64,000 nt of DNA from Deltaproteobacteria bacterium (lineage in GTDB: Bacteria > Myxococcota_A > Polyangia > Polyangiales > Ga0077539). The notes under the pieces are model-generated. The model made no database searches. It saw only the letters and a program-made list of their open reading frames with translations, and was not told the DNA's origin. This document shows positions 39,365 through 49,193 of this stretch, in pieces; position 1 is the stretch's first letter; every line of letters begins with the position of its first letter. A program made the translations under genes and the position numbers. Location of the stretch: positions 157 through 64,156 of the forward strand of contig CANJUR010000010.1 of the NCBI GenBank assembly GCA_947477565.1, given 5' to 3'.

Positions 39365-40596
39365 TGGTGGCTCGCGCGATGGACGTTGGCGTGGTCGGGT
39401 GCGGAACAGCGGGCGCGGCGGCGGCGCTGCTGCTGGCCCGCGCGGGGCACAAGGTGACCGTCTACGAGCGCATCGATCAACCGAAGGCGGTGGGCGCGGG
39501 CATCATGCTTCAGCCCACGGGCCAGGCAGTGCTCGCGGCCCTCGGGCTGCTCGACGAAGTCTTGAATCGGGCCGAGCCGCTGGAGTTGCTGCGTTGCGAG
39601 ACGCTGCGACGGAGGCAACTCTTCGAGCTGCGTTACAGCGCGCTTCCCGGTGGTCATCGGGGATATGGGCTGCACCGCGGCGCGCTCTTCGAGCGATTGT
39701 TCGCGGCCGTACGATCGTCTAGCGCCACGCTGAAAACCGGCGTCGAGGTGGAGGATCTCGCGGCTACGTCAGACAACGCCGGGCTGTGGTTCGTGCAATC
39801 GGATGGCACGAGGCTGGGGCCGCACGAACTGTGCGTGGTGGCCGACGGCTCGCGCTCGCAGTTGAGAGACGACACTGTCATTCGAAAGTCCGTGCGGCCG
39901 TACCCGTGGGGGGCCATGTGGTGTGTGCTCGACGATCCCGAGGGGCGATTTACTCGCGGGCTCCACCAGGTGCTCGACGGCACTCGCCGGATGGTGGGCG
40001 CGCTGCCCACGGGCCTCGGTCCCGGCGATGGCACGGGACCACGCAAGGTGAGTTTGTTTTACTCGGTTCGGTATGATCGGGTGGACGCCTGGAAGGCGCG
40101 CGGCCTCGACCGTTGCAAGCAGGAGTTGCGAGAGTTCATCCCGGCGCTCGACGCGGTGCTCGATCAGGTCGTCGATGTGCAGCAGTTCGTCTTCACCCGC
40201 TACCAGGACGTCGCGATGTACCCGTGGAACACCGACCGCGTCGTGTACCTGGGCGACGCCGCGCACGCGATGAGTCCTCAGCTTGGCCAGGGGGCCAACC
40301 TCGCGCTGATGGACGCGATGGTGCTGGCCCAGGCGCTCGCGAAGCAGCCAGAACTCGCGTCGGGCCTCGCGCTTTACTCTCGAACACGCCGGTCAAATCT
40401 GGGCTTCTATGAGCTCGCGACGCGATGGCTGACGCCCTGGTTTCAGAGCGATTACGCAGCGCTCGGGTGGCTGCGCGACCTCGGATTTCCGCTGAGCATG
40501 AGGGTTCCCGGCATGGAGCGGCTGATGGTGAAGGTCATGACCGGGCTCGCCCAGGGCACCGGGCTTGGCCGTCCGCTCTCGCTTCCTGCGCCGTAA
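39364..40596 (+). CDS. FAD-dependent monooxygenase (UbiH/salicylate hydroxylase-like)
   Basis: 410 aa with VGVVGCGTAGAAAALLLARAGHKVTVYER and YLGDAAHAMSPQLGQGANLALMDA. Its ATG shares one base with the upstream TGA. Confidence 0.85.
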   Translation: MVARAMDVGVVGCGTAGAAAALLLARAGHKVTVYERIDQPKAVGAGIMLQPTGQAVLAALGLLDEVLNRAEPLELLRCETLRRRQLFELRYSALPGGHRGYGLHRGALFERLFAAVRSSSATLKTGVEVEDLAATSDNAGLWFVQSDGTRLGPHELCVVADGSRSQLRDDTVIRKSVRPYPWGAMWCVLDDPEGRFTRGLHQVLDGTRRMVGALPTGLGPGDGTGPRKVSLFYSVRYDRVDAWKARGLDRCKQELREFIPALDAVLDQVVDVQQFVFTRYQDVAMYPWNTDRVVYLGDAAHAMSPQLGQGANLALMDAMVLAQALAKQPELASGLALYSRTRRSNLGFYELATRWLTPWFQSDYAALGWLRDLGFPLSMRVPGMERLMVKVMTGLAQGTGLGRPLSLPAP

Positions 40597-40641
40597 TCTC
40601 CGCACTTCGCGGCGGCTGACGCCTGCGATAGCTTCGTCGCC

Positions 40642-42699
40642 GTGAACCTTCGACATGCGGTGCTGGGCTTTCTTCTCTCCACCTGGGCGATCGCCGGATG
40701 TGACGACGCCCCGGTCTCGCCGATGCTCGACGCCTCTTCGACAACGGACGCTGCGGACGTCGGCGCGGACGCGCCCGCGGGGACGGACACCGGGCCCATC
40801 GTGCCAGTCACGGATCGGGCGGCGGGCGAGCACCGTGCGCTCGCGCTGGGGTGTGATCCGACGGACCCGACGCGGTGCCTCACCCCTTGGCCTTCGAGCG
40901 CGTTTACCCAGGCCGATGACACGCAGGTCACCCGCCTTCGCCTGCAGATTCCTCCCGCGGGCCTCGTTGCTGGCGACCGCGTAGCGGGCCTTGAGCGCGC
41001 GGACGGATTCTCCCGCGCCTCGCCCCTGGTGGTGGCGTTTCCCGCCATTCTCGACGAATCGACCCTCGGAGACGGCACCACCGGCGCGGTGCGTCTCATC
41101 GTCGCGGAGGGAGCCACTCGCGGAACGGTGATTCCGCTGCGGCCGATGATGGTCGCGCCGCAGGACATCCGGGATCCAGAGTCGGGCATCGTGGCGTATC
41201 CGCGCACATTGCTCGCCCCCGCCACGGAGCACATCGCGGTGGTGCTCGACAGCCTCCGTGCGGTGGGTGGTGCGACGCTGCGGGCAAACGACGAGACCCG
41301 CGTAGCGCTCGGCCTGCAGGCACCGCGGACGCCTGCGCAAGAGCAACTCCGAGCGTGGCATGTGCCGACGCGGGCGCTGCTGGCGCAGGCGGGCATCGAC
41401 CCGGCCCGGGTGCTTCGGGTGTGGGGCTTCGTGACCCGCTCACGGGAGCAACCGCTTGGGGCTTTGCGGGCGATGCGCGCGCGAGCGATCGAGGCCCTGC
41501 GAGATGGTGCGGCGACCGTACAGATTGATTCGGTCTCTGTACCAACGCTTGCGTCGGGCGCACTGCTGGTCAACGGTCACATTCGCGGACTGCCCCGTTG
41601 GGTGACCGTGGAGAAGCTCGTGACGCGGCAGGCGACGGGGCCGGTGGCGATCGCGGGGATGACCTACGACGCGCCGTTTCGGGTGCTGCTTCCGCGCGGC
41701 GGCACCGGGGCGTACCCAGCGGTGGTGTTCGGCCACGGGATGGGCGGCGAGGTGACGGACTCGTCTTTTGACGGGCTGCTCACCGGGGCGGGCGCGGCGA
41801 AGATCAACATCCGCTTCGATGGACTCACGGAGTCGGAGATGGCCGCGACCTTCCTTGGGTTCGTGAAGATGAGCCTCGGGGTGGAGCAGGCCGCGAGCGT
41901 GATGTTGCAGAGCCTCGCCGGGGGCATGGCGGTCATTCACTCGATGCGCGGCGAGACCCCGGAGGGAGTGGCGTTGCCGGCGGCGTCGAGCCTGCGTGAG
42001 GTGCTCTCGGCGCCGATGGTTGGCACCATGAACAACCCCCTCGCGGGGCGGCGGGCGAACCCCGACACGCTCACCTGGGCGGGCGGCTCCCTCGGCGGAA
42101 CCACCGGGCTCACCATGGTCAACGCCGAACCTGCGTTTATCGCCGGCGTGGCCAACGTGCCGGGGGCAGCCTGGTCGCACTTTCTCGTGCGCTCGGTGCT
42201 CTTCGATATCGTGCGCACCGGGCTCCAGCGCATCTACGGGAGCACCCTGGATATCCAGCTTCAGGTGGCGATCAGCCAGACGCTGTGGGACGAGATCGAC
42301 GGGGCGGCGTGGGCCGACGCGCCGGAACGCCCGCGGCCGATTTTGATTCAAGAGTCGATGGGCGATCCGGTGCTGCCCAACCTGGGGACGGAGTTCGCGG
42401 CGTCGTCTTTGGGCGCGGTGCAGATCGGCGCAGTGCTGACTCCCATCGCGGGCGTGACCCCGGCGACGTCGGCGGACGGGCGCTCCGCGATCACCCAGTA
42501 TCGGGTGCCCTCGAGCGTCACGAGTTCGGCGGACATCCATGGATTCGCAGCACGGGATGGCGTTCATTCCGAGGCCGCCCTGGAGCAGATTCGGACCTTC
42601 CTCTCCGGCGCGTGGATGGGTCAGACCCGGGTGATTCTCCCGACGAACTGCGTGATGAACTCCCCCGCCGGTAGCTGCGACTTCAGCCGCTCGCCCTGA
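40642..42699 (+). CDS. secreted lipoprotein with alpha/beta-hydrolase-like serine motif
   Basis: 685 aa from a GTG start, with a lipobox (WAIAGC). Has VVFGHGMGGE and a GxSxG-like WAGGSLGGTTG. Otherwise unrecognised. Confidence 0.55.
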   Translation: MNLRHAVLGFLLSTWAIAGCDDAPVSPMLDASSTTDAADVGADAPAGTDTGPIVPVTDRAAGEHRALALGCDPTDPTRCLTPWPSSAFTQADDTQVTRLRLQIPPAGLVAGDRVAGLERADGFSRASPLVVAFPAILDESTLGDGTTGAVRLIVAEGATRGTVIPLRPMMVAPQDIRDPESGIVAYPRTLLAPATEHIAVVLDSLRAVGGATLRANDETRVALGLQAPRTPAQEQLRAWHVPTRALLAQAGIDPARVLRVWGFVTRSREQPLGALRAMRARAIEALRDGAATVQIDSVSVPTLASGALLVNGHIRGLPRWVTVEKLVTRQATGPVAIAGMTYDAPFRVLLPRGGTGAYPAVVFGHGMGGEVTDSSFDGLLTGAGAAKINIRFDGLTESEMAATFLGFVKMSLGVEQAASVMLQSLAGGMAVIHSMRGETPEGVALPAASSLREVLSAPMVGTMNNPLAGRRANPDTLTWAGGSLGGTTGLTMVNAEPAFIAGVANVPGAAWSHFLVRSVLFDIVRTGLQRIYGSTLDIQLQVAISQTLWDEIDGAAWADAPERPRPILIQESMGDPVLPNLGTEFAASSLGAVQIGAVLTPIAGVTPATSADGRSAITQYRVPSSVTSSADIHGFAARDGVHSEAALEQIRTFLSGAWMGQTRVILPTNCVMNSPAGSCDFSRSP

Positions 42700-43519
42700 C
42701 CACTTCCGACGCGCCGAGAGCGTGCACCACCGCGCCCACGGTGGCGTCGGGCGCGTCCACGTGAACCCAATGCCCAGCCCCGGGAACCACGATCACCTCG
42801 CAGCTTCCACGGGCCGTGACGGCGTCGAGGCGGGCTCGTTCGAGGGCGTCCATGACGCCGGAGTTTCCACCGAGCAGGAAGGTGGTGCGACGTGCCGCGG
42901 GGGCGGCTTCCACGACGGTCCAGAGGTCGGCCCGGAAGTACCCGTCGAGCAGCGACCGAATCGCCCCCACGTCGATTCGCAAGCGAAACCCCTGTTCGGC
43001 GTGTTCGAGGTTCATCGCGAGCCAGGCGGCCATGCTGCGGTCGTGGCCGTCGGCGATCACCGCGGCGAGAAACGCCTCACGCGTGGCCCAGAGCGGACCG
43101 ATGGCCTCGAGGGTGTCGAGCGCGCGCAGCGATGCCTCGGAGCCGCGCCGATCGGGGCGGGCGCCGGGGTTGGCATCGACCACCACGAGATGGGTGAGGG
43201 ACGGCGTCTCCTGAGCGAGCCTCAACGCGACCTTGCCGCCGAAGCTGTGACCGATCACTCCGTGCACCGGGAGCGCGAGCGTGTCGGCGAGTGCCGTGAG
43301 GTCGGCGGCGACGGCCGCGAGGGAGTGCGGCGGAGGAAGGCCCAGCGACGCTCCGTGTTCGCGGAGGTCTACGAGCACGAACGCCCAGTCGGGGAGCGCC
43401 TCGACGAAGCGACGGGCGAGGGAGCGCCAGTTGGTCTTCGATCCGAGGATTCCGTGGAGGACGAGGCACGCCCGGGTGGGCGTGGAGCCCGTGGCGGTGA
43501 CGATGGCGTGGGACAACAT
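42683..43519 (-). CDS. alpha/beta hydrolase
   Basis: Only the last 278 codons of track ORF 42683..44197 look real (ATG 43519, MLSHAIV...). Has LVLHGILGS, the nucleophile elbow GHSFGG and a C-terminal GAGHWVH. The upstream 226 codons are Arg/Pro-rich shadow sequence overlapping the + strand gene at 43594. Confidence 0.8.
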   Translation of the reverse strand: MLSHAIVTATGSTPTRACLVLHGILGSKTNWRSLARRFVEALPDWAFVLVDLREHGASLGLPPPHSLAAVAADLTALADTLALPVHGVIGHSFGGKVALRLAQETPSLTHLVVVDANPGARPDRRGSEASLRALDTLEAIGPLWATREAFLAAVIADGHDRSMAAWLAMNLEHAEQGFRLRIDVGAIRSLLDGYFRADLWTVVEAAPAARRTTFLLGGNSGVMDALERARLDAVTARGSCEVIVVPGAGHWVHVDAPDATVGAVVHALGASEVVRASG

Positions 43520-43593
43520 GGGTTTCGGTGCGACATCGCCTAGCACAGCCCCTGACGGGATGATGCGCCGAGAGGCGTGATAGAACCCGCGCC

Positions 43594-44598
43594 GTGATTC
43601 GTCATCGACTTGCGCTCGTTTTATCGCTGCTCGCACCGCTCTCCTGCGCATCGACGGGCACCCCGGCCGTCGCCGTCGTGGAGGTGGCCCGCCCGCCCGA
43701 TGTTCACGGTGAGTTGCTCGCGCTGCTGCCCCCGGGTGCGGTTGCGTGGGGCCGCTTCGAGCTGGCGGAGGCTCGTCGTTCGCCCCATTTCGAAGGCGCG
43801 CTCGAGGTGGCGACCACGCTCGGGGCCGAGGTGGACAGCGTTCAGAGAGAGTTGGGGTTTGACGCGCTCCACCAAGCAGAAAAGCTGGTCTTTGGGGTGT
43901 ACCTCCCGCCCGGCACCGCAGCCCACGCCGGGTGGCCAGTGATCGTTGCGCGCGGCGCGTACGACCGGGCAGCGGTGATTCGCGCGGCGCGGGCGGCGGC
44001 GCACGACGCGGCCCCGGAGGAGGGCAGCGAGCGGGCGGTGCCGTACACCATCGTCGGATCGAGGGCGTACATGTTTCCGGCCGCCGACGTGGTGATTGTG
44101 ATGGAGCGTTCGCTGGTGCGGCGGGTGGCTGCGGGGCTTCTGGGCGCTGAGCGGCACTCGATGAATGACGACCATCGCTTTGACGATCTATGGACACTGG
44201 TCGAGGGCCGACACGGCGCGCTGCAGGTGGCCACCGATCTCGCGGCGATTCGCACGCGGGTCAATCTGCGAATGAGAGGGATGGCCCGAACGGGCGAAGG
44301 ACTCGATCGGCTCGTGGCATGCGGCGACGTGCCGGGGGATGTCCGCGTGCGGGTGGCGGGGCAGGCGCACTCCGAGGCTGCGGCGCAGGAGATCGCGCGG
44401 CTGGTGGATGCCTCGACGCGGCAGCTGGTGGGACAGTTGGCGGTACGGCTGCTGGGCCTCGGGAGGTTGCTGCGCGAGGGGATCACCGCGCATGTGGAGG
44501 GCGACCGGGTGACGCTCAACGTGCAGGCGAGCACATCCGAGGCGGGGAGGGTGCTGCGCATCAGCTCGGCGCTTCAGGAACTCAGCGCCGCGGAGTAG
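43594..44598 (+). CDS. lipoprotein, function unknown
   Basis: 334 aa from a GTG start, with a lipobox (LLAPLSC). I recognise no motif. Confidence 0.5.
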   Translation: MIRHRLALVLSLLAPLSCASTGTPAVAVVEVARPPDVHGELLALLPPGAVAWGRFELAEARRSPHFEGALEVATTLGAEVDSVQRELGFDALHQAEKLVFGVYLPPGTAAHAGWPVIVARGAYDRAAVIRAARAAAHDAAPEEGSERAVPYTIVGSRAYMFPAADVVIVMERSLVRRVAAGLLGAERHSMNDDHRFDDLWTLVEGRHGALQVATDLAAIRTRVNLRMRGMARTGEGLDRLVACGDVPGDVRVRVAGQAHSEAAAQEIARLVDASTRQLVGQLAVRLLGLGRLLREGITAHVEGDRVTLNVQASTSEAGRVLRISSALQELSAAE

Positions 44599-44696
44599 CC
44601 TCGCGGCGCAGCGTGCGGGCGCGCGTGAGCCCCGGGGCGGTGGTAGCGTTCGCCGCCGTGAACCGACCTGCCGATGCTGCCCTGAAGGTTCAGACC

Positions 44697-46085
44697 GTGG
44701 ATGTCACTGCGACGGCGGACGACCTTCCGGCGGGCACCCGGTTTGGTGGGTACGAGATCGTCCGGAAGCTCGGAACCGGGGCCTTCGGTGCCGTGTACGA
44801 GGCGCTGCGCATGCCTTTGCGAAAGCGCACTGCGCTGAAGGTGCTGCACCGCGAGTTCGTTCGGTATCCCGACGTGTTGAAGCGCTTTCTGCGCGAGGCG
44901 GAGATCGTCGCGCAGATGGAGCATCCGCACATTGTCGGGGTGTTCGATCTGGGTTTGCACGAGGGGCAGCCGTACATCGCGATGGAGTTTCTCGATGGCG
45001 AGACGCTGGCTGAGCGGCTCGATCGCGAGGGGGTGATTCCCGCGGCGGAGGCCGTCGATATCATGCTGGCGGTGATGTCTGCTGCGGCCTCGGTGCACGA
45101 GCGCGGCGTGGTGCATCGCGACCTCAAGCCGGACAACATTTTCCTGGCGCGCACGGCGACCCGCGCGATGCAGCCCAAGCTGTTGGACTTTGGCGTCGTG
45201 AAGGTGCGCGAGGCCGGCGGCGCGATGACGATGAGCCGTGCGATGGTCGGCACCCCGTCATACATGTCACCCGAGCAAGCCCGCGAGGCGCGCGACGTGG
45301 ACGCCCCGAGCGATCAATGGTCGCTTGCGGTGATTCTCTTCGAGTGCCTGACCGGGAAGTGTCCTTTCGCGGGGGACAATCTCCTCGACATTCTCAATGC
45401 GATCTCCACCGGCCCTTTGCCGCGGCTTCGCGAGGTGAGCCCGATGCTCCCGGCGGGCCTCGAATCGGTTCTTGGTCGCGCCATGTCACGGGATGCGGCG
45501 GCGCGTTGGCCCTCGGTGCGGGCGTTTGGCGAGATGCTTCGACCCTTTGCTTCGGTCGGTGGCCAGGCGCTCTGGGAGGCCTTTTATACAAACGAAGTCG
45601 CGTATGTTCCGACGCTGCACCAGTGGGGTGTTCCGCCGGCTTTGGAGACGCCGCCGCTCGCGTTCCACGACGTCGCGGCGAGCTTTGCGGTGCCCTCGCC
45701 GATGGCGGTGCCCACGCTGCTGGTCCGGCCGGGCTCGGCGTCCGGTCGCCGGGGCTGGCTGATCGCTGCTGGAACGTTGTTCATCGGACTGATTCTGCTG
45801 TGTGGTGTTGTCGCGCTTCAATCCGCGCGAGGTCCATCTCCTGCTCCGGCCTCGGCCGCGGTGCTCTCGTCGGCTCTCCCTCAGCTTCCGGTTCCGGTGA
45901 TCGTGCGCCGGCCAGACCAGGCACCGCTCGCAACCACGCCCGCGCATGTCGTCCTGCCACCGGAACGTCCGGTACCTGTGCCCGCTGATTCTTCACGGCA
46001 GGGCATGCGCGAATCCCTGGCCCCCACGCGTCCGGTCTCCCACTCCCGCAGCCGCGCTACCGACCTGGGGACGCTTGGGTACTGA
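44697..46085 (+). CDS. Ser/Thr protein kinase, membrane-anchored
   Basis: Carries GTGAFGAVYEA, VHRDLKPDNIFL, DFGVVK and GTPSYMSPEQ, with a C-terminal TM segment (LIAAGTLFIGLILLCGVVAL). Track ORF 44190 overlaps the previous gene, so the real start is downstream of 44598. I chose GTG 44697, which has GAAGG 8 nt upstream. GTG 44658 is an alternative. Confidence 0.85.
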   Translation: MDVTATADDLPAGTRFGGYEIVRKLGTGAFGAVYEALRMPLRKRTALKVLHREFVRYPDVLKRFLREAEIVAQMEHPHIVGVFDLGLHEGQPYIAMEFLDGETLAERLDREGVIPAAEAVDIMLAVMSAAASVHERGVVHRDLKPDNIFLARTATRAMQPKLLDFGVVKVREAGGAMTMSRAMVGTPSYMSPEQAREARDVDAPSDQWSLAVILFECLTGKCPFAGDNLLDILNAISTGPLPRLREVSPMLPAGLESVLGRAMSRDAAARWPSVRAFGEMLRPFASVGGQALWEAFYTNEVAYVPTLHQWGVPPALETPPLAFHDVAASFAVPSPMAVPTLLVRPGSASGRRGWLIAAGTLFIGLILLCGVVALQSARGPSPAPASAAVLSSALPQLPVPVIVRRPDQAPLATTPAHVVLPPERPVPVPADSSRQGMRESLAPTRPVSHSRSRATDLGTLGY

Positions 46086-46730
46086 GCCTCTGGGGGTGTC
46101 TCGCGGGATGTCCCGTGCATCCTGAGATCGACCGGCATCAGCACAGCCGAACAGGCGACGGGATGATGCCCAGGTACTCAACCCTCGGCCGCGGATCGAT
46201 TCCGCACGGTTCGCCCTCGCTGCGGGTCATTCCGTCTCTTTACCGGGGGCCGTACCCGGCAGCACAGGATGGAAGGGAGGATGCGCGTCTCCAGGGCGAC
46301 GCCACCGCCCCCACGGAATCACCAGTTCTTTCCGCCGAGCCTTGCATCGATTGTCGGGCCAGACCCTTGCCGAAAAGGGGGAGGGCTAGTCGCGATGCGG
46401 CCGACATCGGCGTCCCGGCGTTGGTGGTGGGGCGCCGCTGGAGGGCCACCCGGTACGGTGGAGCACTGCAGGGAGGTTCGAGGTGCGGTGTTGCGCCCCG
46501 ACTGGCGACCTCGACCGGCGCCGAAGTTGCGGTGCCCTTGTTTCGCGGCGCAGAGAGCACCCGTTCGCCGCGCTGGAAGAGCCTCGCTGGCACCGACCCG
46601 CGCAACGTGCAGATTCCGCTGGGGCGTCGGTCGCTTCAGAGGACGACCCGCTAAACGTACCTCTCCGGCGCGCGACGCTGCACGCCACGGAGGCCCCGTG
46701 GTCGTGGCCGCGTCATCCGCGCGCGGTCCG

Positions 46731-47174
46731 ATGATGCACCGCCCCTCGAGTACCTACTTTTATGTCGTCTTCATGCTGCCCTATGCGCTGCGGGAGGTCG
46801 TCCGGTACAACCTTACGGCGCTCTTCACGATGCTCTTTCATGCCTGTGTCCGGCGCGTGAAAGGCGCCGAATGTGGGGGGGCCGCGTCGCCGAGGACCGC
46901 ACGCCAGAGGCGCATGAAAGCCAAGCTTGTGCTTCGGGGCACCCTCGATTACCAATCAACTGTGCATCGAGCGCGCACGGCTACGTGGGGAAGCGACGAG
47001 TCGGGAGTTCGGGCGTCTTATGGGCCGGGTACGCCGATCGCGGCGGGGCTGCTTCGCGAGACGTACGCCGGGCTCGTGAGCCGTGACTACGGAGACGCTC
47101 TCACGCTCGGGCCCAACAACGCCGCGCTAGGGCAGATGGAAGAGATCCTGGCGCGGCGCGCGGCCCCGCAATGA
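46731..47174 (+). CDS. hypothetical protein (uncertain)
   Basis: This is the 3' part of track ORF 46269..47174, and ATG 46731 or ATG 46914 are possible starts. The only positive evidence is that its stop overlaps the next gene's ATG (ATGA at 47171-47174). No motif is recognised, and the upstream part of the frame looks like Arg/Trp-rich wrong-frame sequence. Confidence 0.25.
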   Translation: MMHRPSSTYFYVVFMLPYALREVVRYNLTALFTMLFHACVRRVKGAECGGAASPRTARQRRMKAKLVLRGTLDYQSTVHRARTATWGSDESGVRASYGPGTPIAAGLLRETYAGLVSRDYGDALTLGPNNAALGQMEEILARRAAPQ

Positions 47175-47731
47175 GGATCGCCTCGTGCCCAAGATGCGGC
47201 GCTGACGTTGTCTCAGACGCGGACCAGTGCACCTACTGCGGCGCACCCTTCGCCACGCAGAGCGCGTCGGCGGAGGGGGCGCACGATCACGCGCCGGTCG
47301 CGCCGACCCCAGCCGTCGTACCTGTCGCTCCTCCGCGGCCGGACGCCGGAGAGTTCGGCCTCGGCCTCTGGTATCTCGTGACCATGCTCGCGCTCGCGTG
47401 CGTCGTCTTTGGCACGGGCTGGGCGCTCGAGGACAAAAGGTACTGGCTCGCTACCGTCGCCGTCGTGGTCTGGGCCGGTCCGTTGCCGTTCGCGCTGCTT
47501 CTCGGCGGCGTTCTGTGGCGCGCGCGCTGGGGCGGAGTCCTTCCCGGGTTTGCGTTCGCTCTCGCGCAGTTGGTTATTCACACCGTGCTGATGTGGATGG
47601 CACGCGGTCACTTGCGGGACGATCATGTGGGTATCGCGTCCATGTTCGCGGGCGGATCGCTCGCTGGCTTCCTCGTCGGCCGCGCTCTGCACGAGATGAT
47701 GCGCAGGATGCGCGCGCGCACTGGACCGTGA
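47171..47731 (+). CDS. zinc-ribbon membrane protein
   Basis: 186 aa with an N-terminal CPRCGADVVSDADQCTYCGAPF, followed by about four hydrophobic helices. Confidence 0.55.
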   Translation: MRIASCPRCGADVVSDADQCTYCGAPFATQSASAEGAHDHAPVAPTPAVVPVAPPRPDAGEFGLGLWYLVTMLALACVVFGTGWALEDKRYWLATVAVVVWAGPLPFALLLGGVLWRARWGGVLPGFAFALAQLVIHTVLMWMARGHLRDDHVGIASMFAGGSLAGFLVGRALHEMMRRMRARTGP

Positions 47732-47737
47732 CCGGCC

Positions 47738-48470
47738 TCACAGAACAACAGGCCGAGGATCGGCTAATTGAGAGTGACCAAGATATTTGATGGCCCTGAA
47801 CTCAACCCTGATCACGGTCTGTGATGGGCGAACGCGCACCATGGCGGAATCGTTGAGTTGATCAGGCTTCGTGAGGGTGACTGGGTTCTCATCACGGAGC
47901 TCGGACGGAATCTGATCACCATCTCCGCATCCCATTGAATCGAATGCACAATTCAGTCGCCCACTGAACATGCGTGAGGTGGTTTCCCATCGGTTATCTG
48001 TGACGAAATCCAGGTGAACGAGAGGTGCTGGCTTGCCACTGGAGGCCGCAGCCGACGCGGTGGGCCAGCGACCGCCTCGATCCAGCCGCCAGGAAGGTCA
48101 CCAGCTCCGTCGCCGTGGCCGACGATTCGTCGGGAACTTCCGGGCAGTGTGCCGACCCTTGATGCTCCGGGTTCCGTGAGGCACCTCAGGTTCATCGCGA
48201 GGCCATCAGATAGCTTGAAAAATAGCCCTTCATTTATCGAGACTACGCTCACTAACCCAGCGCCTCGGATCGCTTCCGGCGCTGCTCAAGTAGGAGCGGC
48301 CGCTGCTTCTCCGATCGCGCCTTCCGCAGGACGTGGGCGCGCCGACGCACATCCATTCGGGCTGCGGGTTCGAACGTGTCGAGGTAGGGCCGGAGGTCGC
48401 CGTACGTGAAGGGCGCGGAGTGGAGTACCTGCGCGCCGAGTGCGGGCGTCGGCGATGTCAATGGACACAA
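47738..48470 (-). pseudogene. possible decayed gene (three abutting short ORFs in different frames)
   Basis: Minus-strand ORFs 47738-47971, 47953-48252 and 48252-48470 abut or overlap end to end in different frames. This is the pattern a frameshifted gene leaves. None has a motif I recognise. Confidence 0.25.
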
Positions 48471-49193
48471 CTATTCAGACAGCCTTGTGGGAGCGCCGGG
48501 TCCGTCGCGCGCGTGCCTGTACATGTCGAGCCCTACGGGCTTTCCTTCGTCGTCGATCTCGGCCACGCGCAGCAGCGGCAGCGCGACGAGTGATAAGTTC
48601 GGCTATGCCGTGGTCCGGCAGCGGCCAGCGTTGCCCGGGGGATAGGCGATCCAACACCCAAAGCACTTCTGGCCTCGATCAATTCAGGTTAACGAGATAG
48701 CGACCTCGTGAATCGCCACGGCGAGCGAGTGACAGTCAATCACTCGGCATCGGGAGCTTCGCCAAGGTGCGGTTGAACGAAGCCCCGGGGCTCACCGATG
48801 CTGACAGCCGAAACAGGTTTCTGTCGTACGGGCTGGAAGTTCGCTTCAATTTGTCCTCCACTTTGCCGTTCATCGACGCAGTTACCTTCAGCTACAGGCC
48901 CCAGGCTCAGGAACTGGCGGGGACCTTCCCCCCGCTGACAGCGTGCGCTCGAAGGCGCAAAAAAAGCAGATTCGCGGCAGGATAGACCTCGTTACGACGG
49001 CCAAGTCCATCGCCTCATGCGCCCCCCTGATCACCCGTCGAAGACCCTAAACCCCCTTCGACCGATTTACTGGGAAGCAAGAGCTTCGGCGTGTAGACGA
49101 CGTGAGACGGCACAGTGCGAAGAACCAGAACATCAACCCGCATGAGTCGACCGTCCGTCGAAATCACCGACGACTGCGACAACGTCGAACCCA

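Noticed and set aside
46430-46660. Faint resemblance to tandem glycine-riboswitch elements (CTGGAGGG...CGCCGAAG and CTGGAAGAG...CACCGA...GCAA...CAGAGGAC).
   Set aside because: The spacing between elements is wrong (about 80 nt and about 12 nt). The P2/P3 helices cannot be drawn, and no glycine-metabolism gene lies downstream. It is kept only as part of the unexplained-region finding.
47809-47918. Three TGATCA sites spaced about 50 nt apart, a recurring (C/T)ATCACGG motif, and an AACTCAAC/GTTGAGTT complementary pair.
   Set aside because: The elements are short and not nested as a hairpin. They are easily produced by chance in a locally AT-richer stretch, and there is no second copy at the other island boundary.
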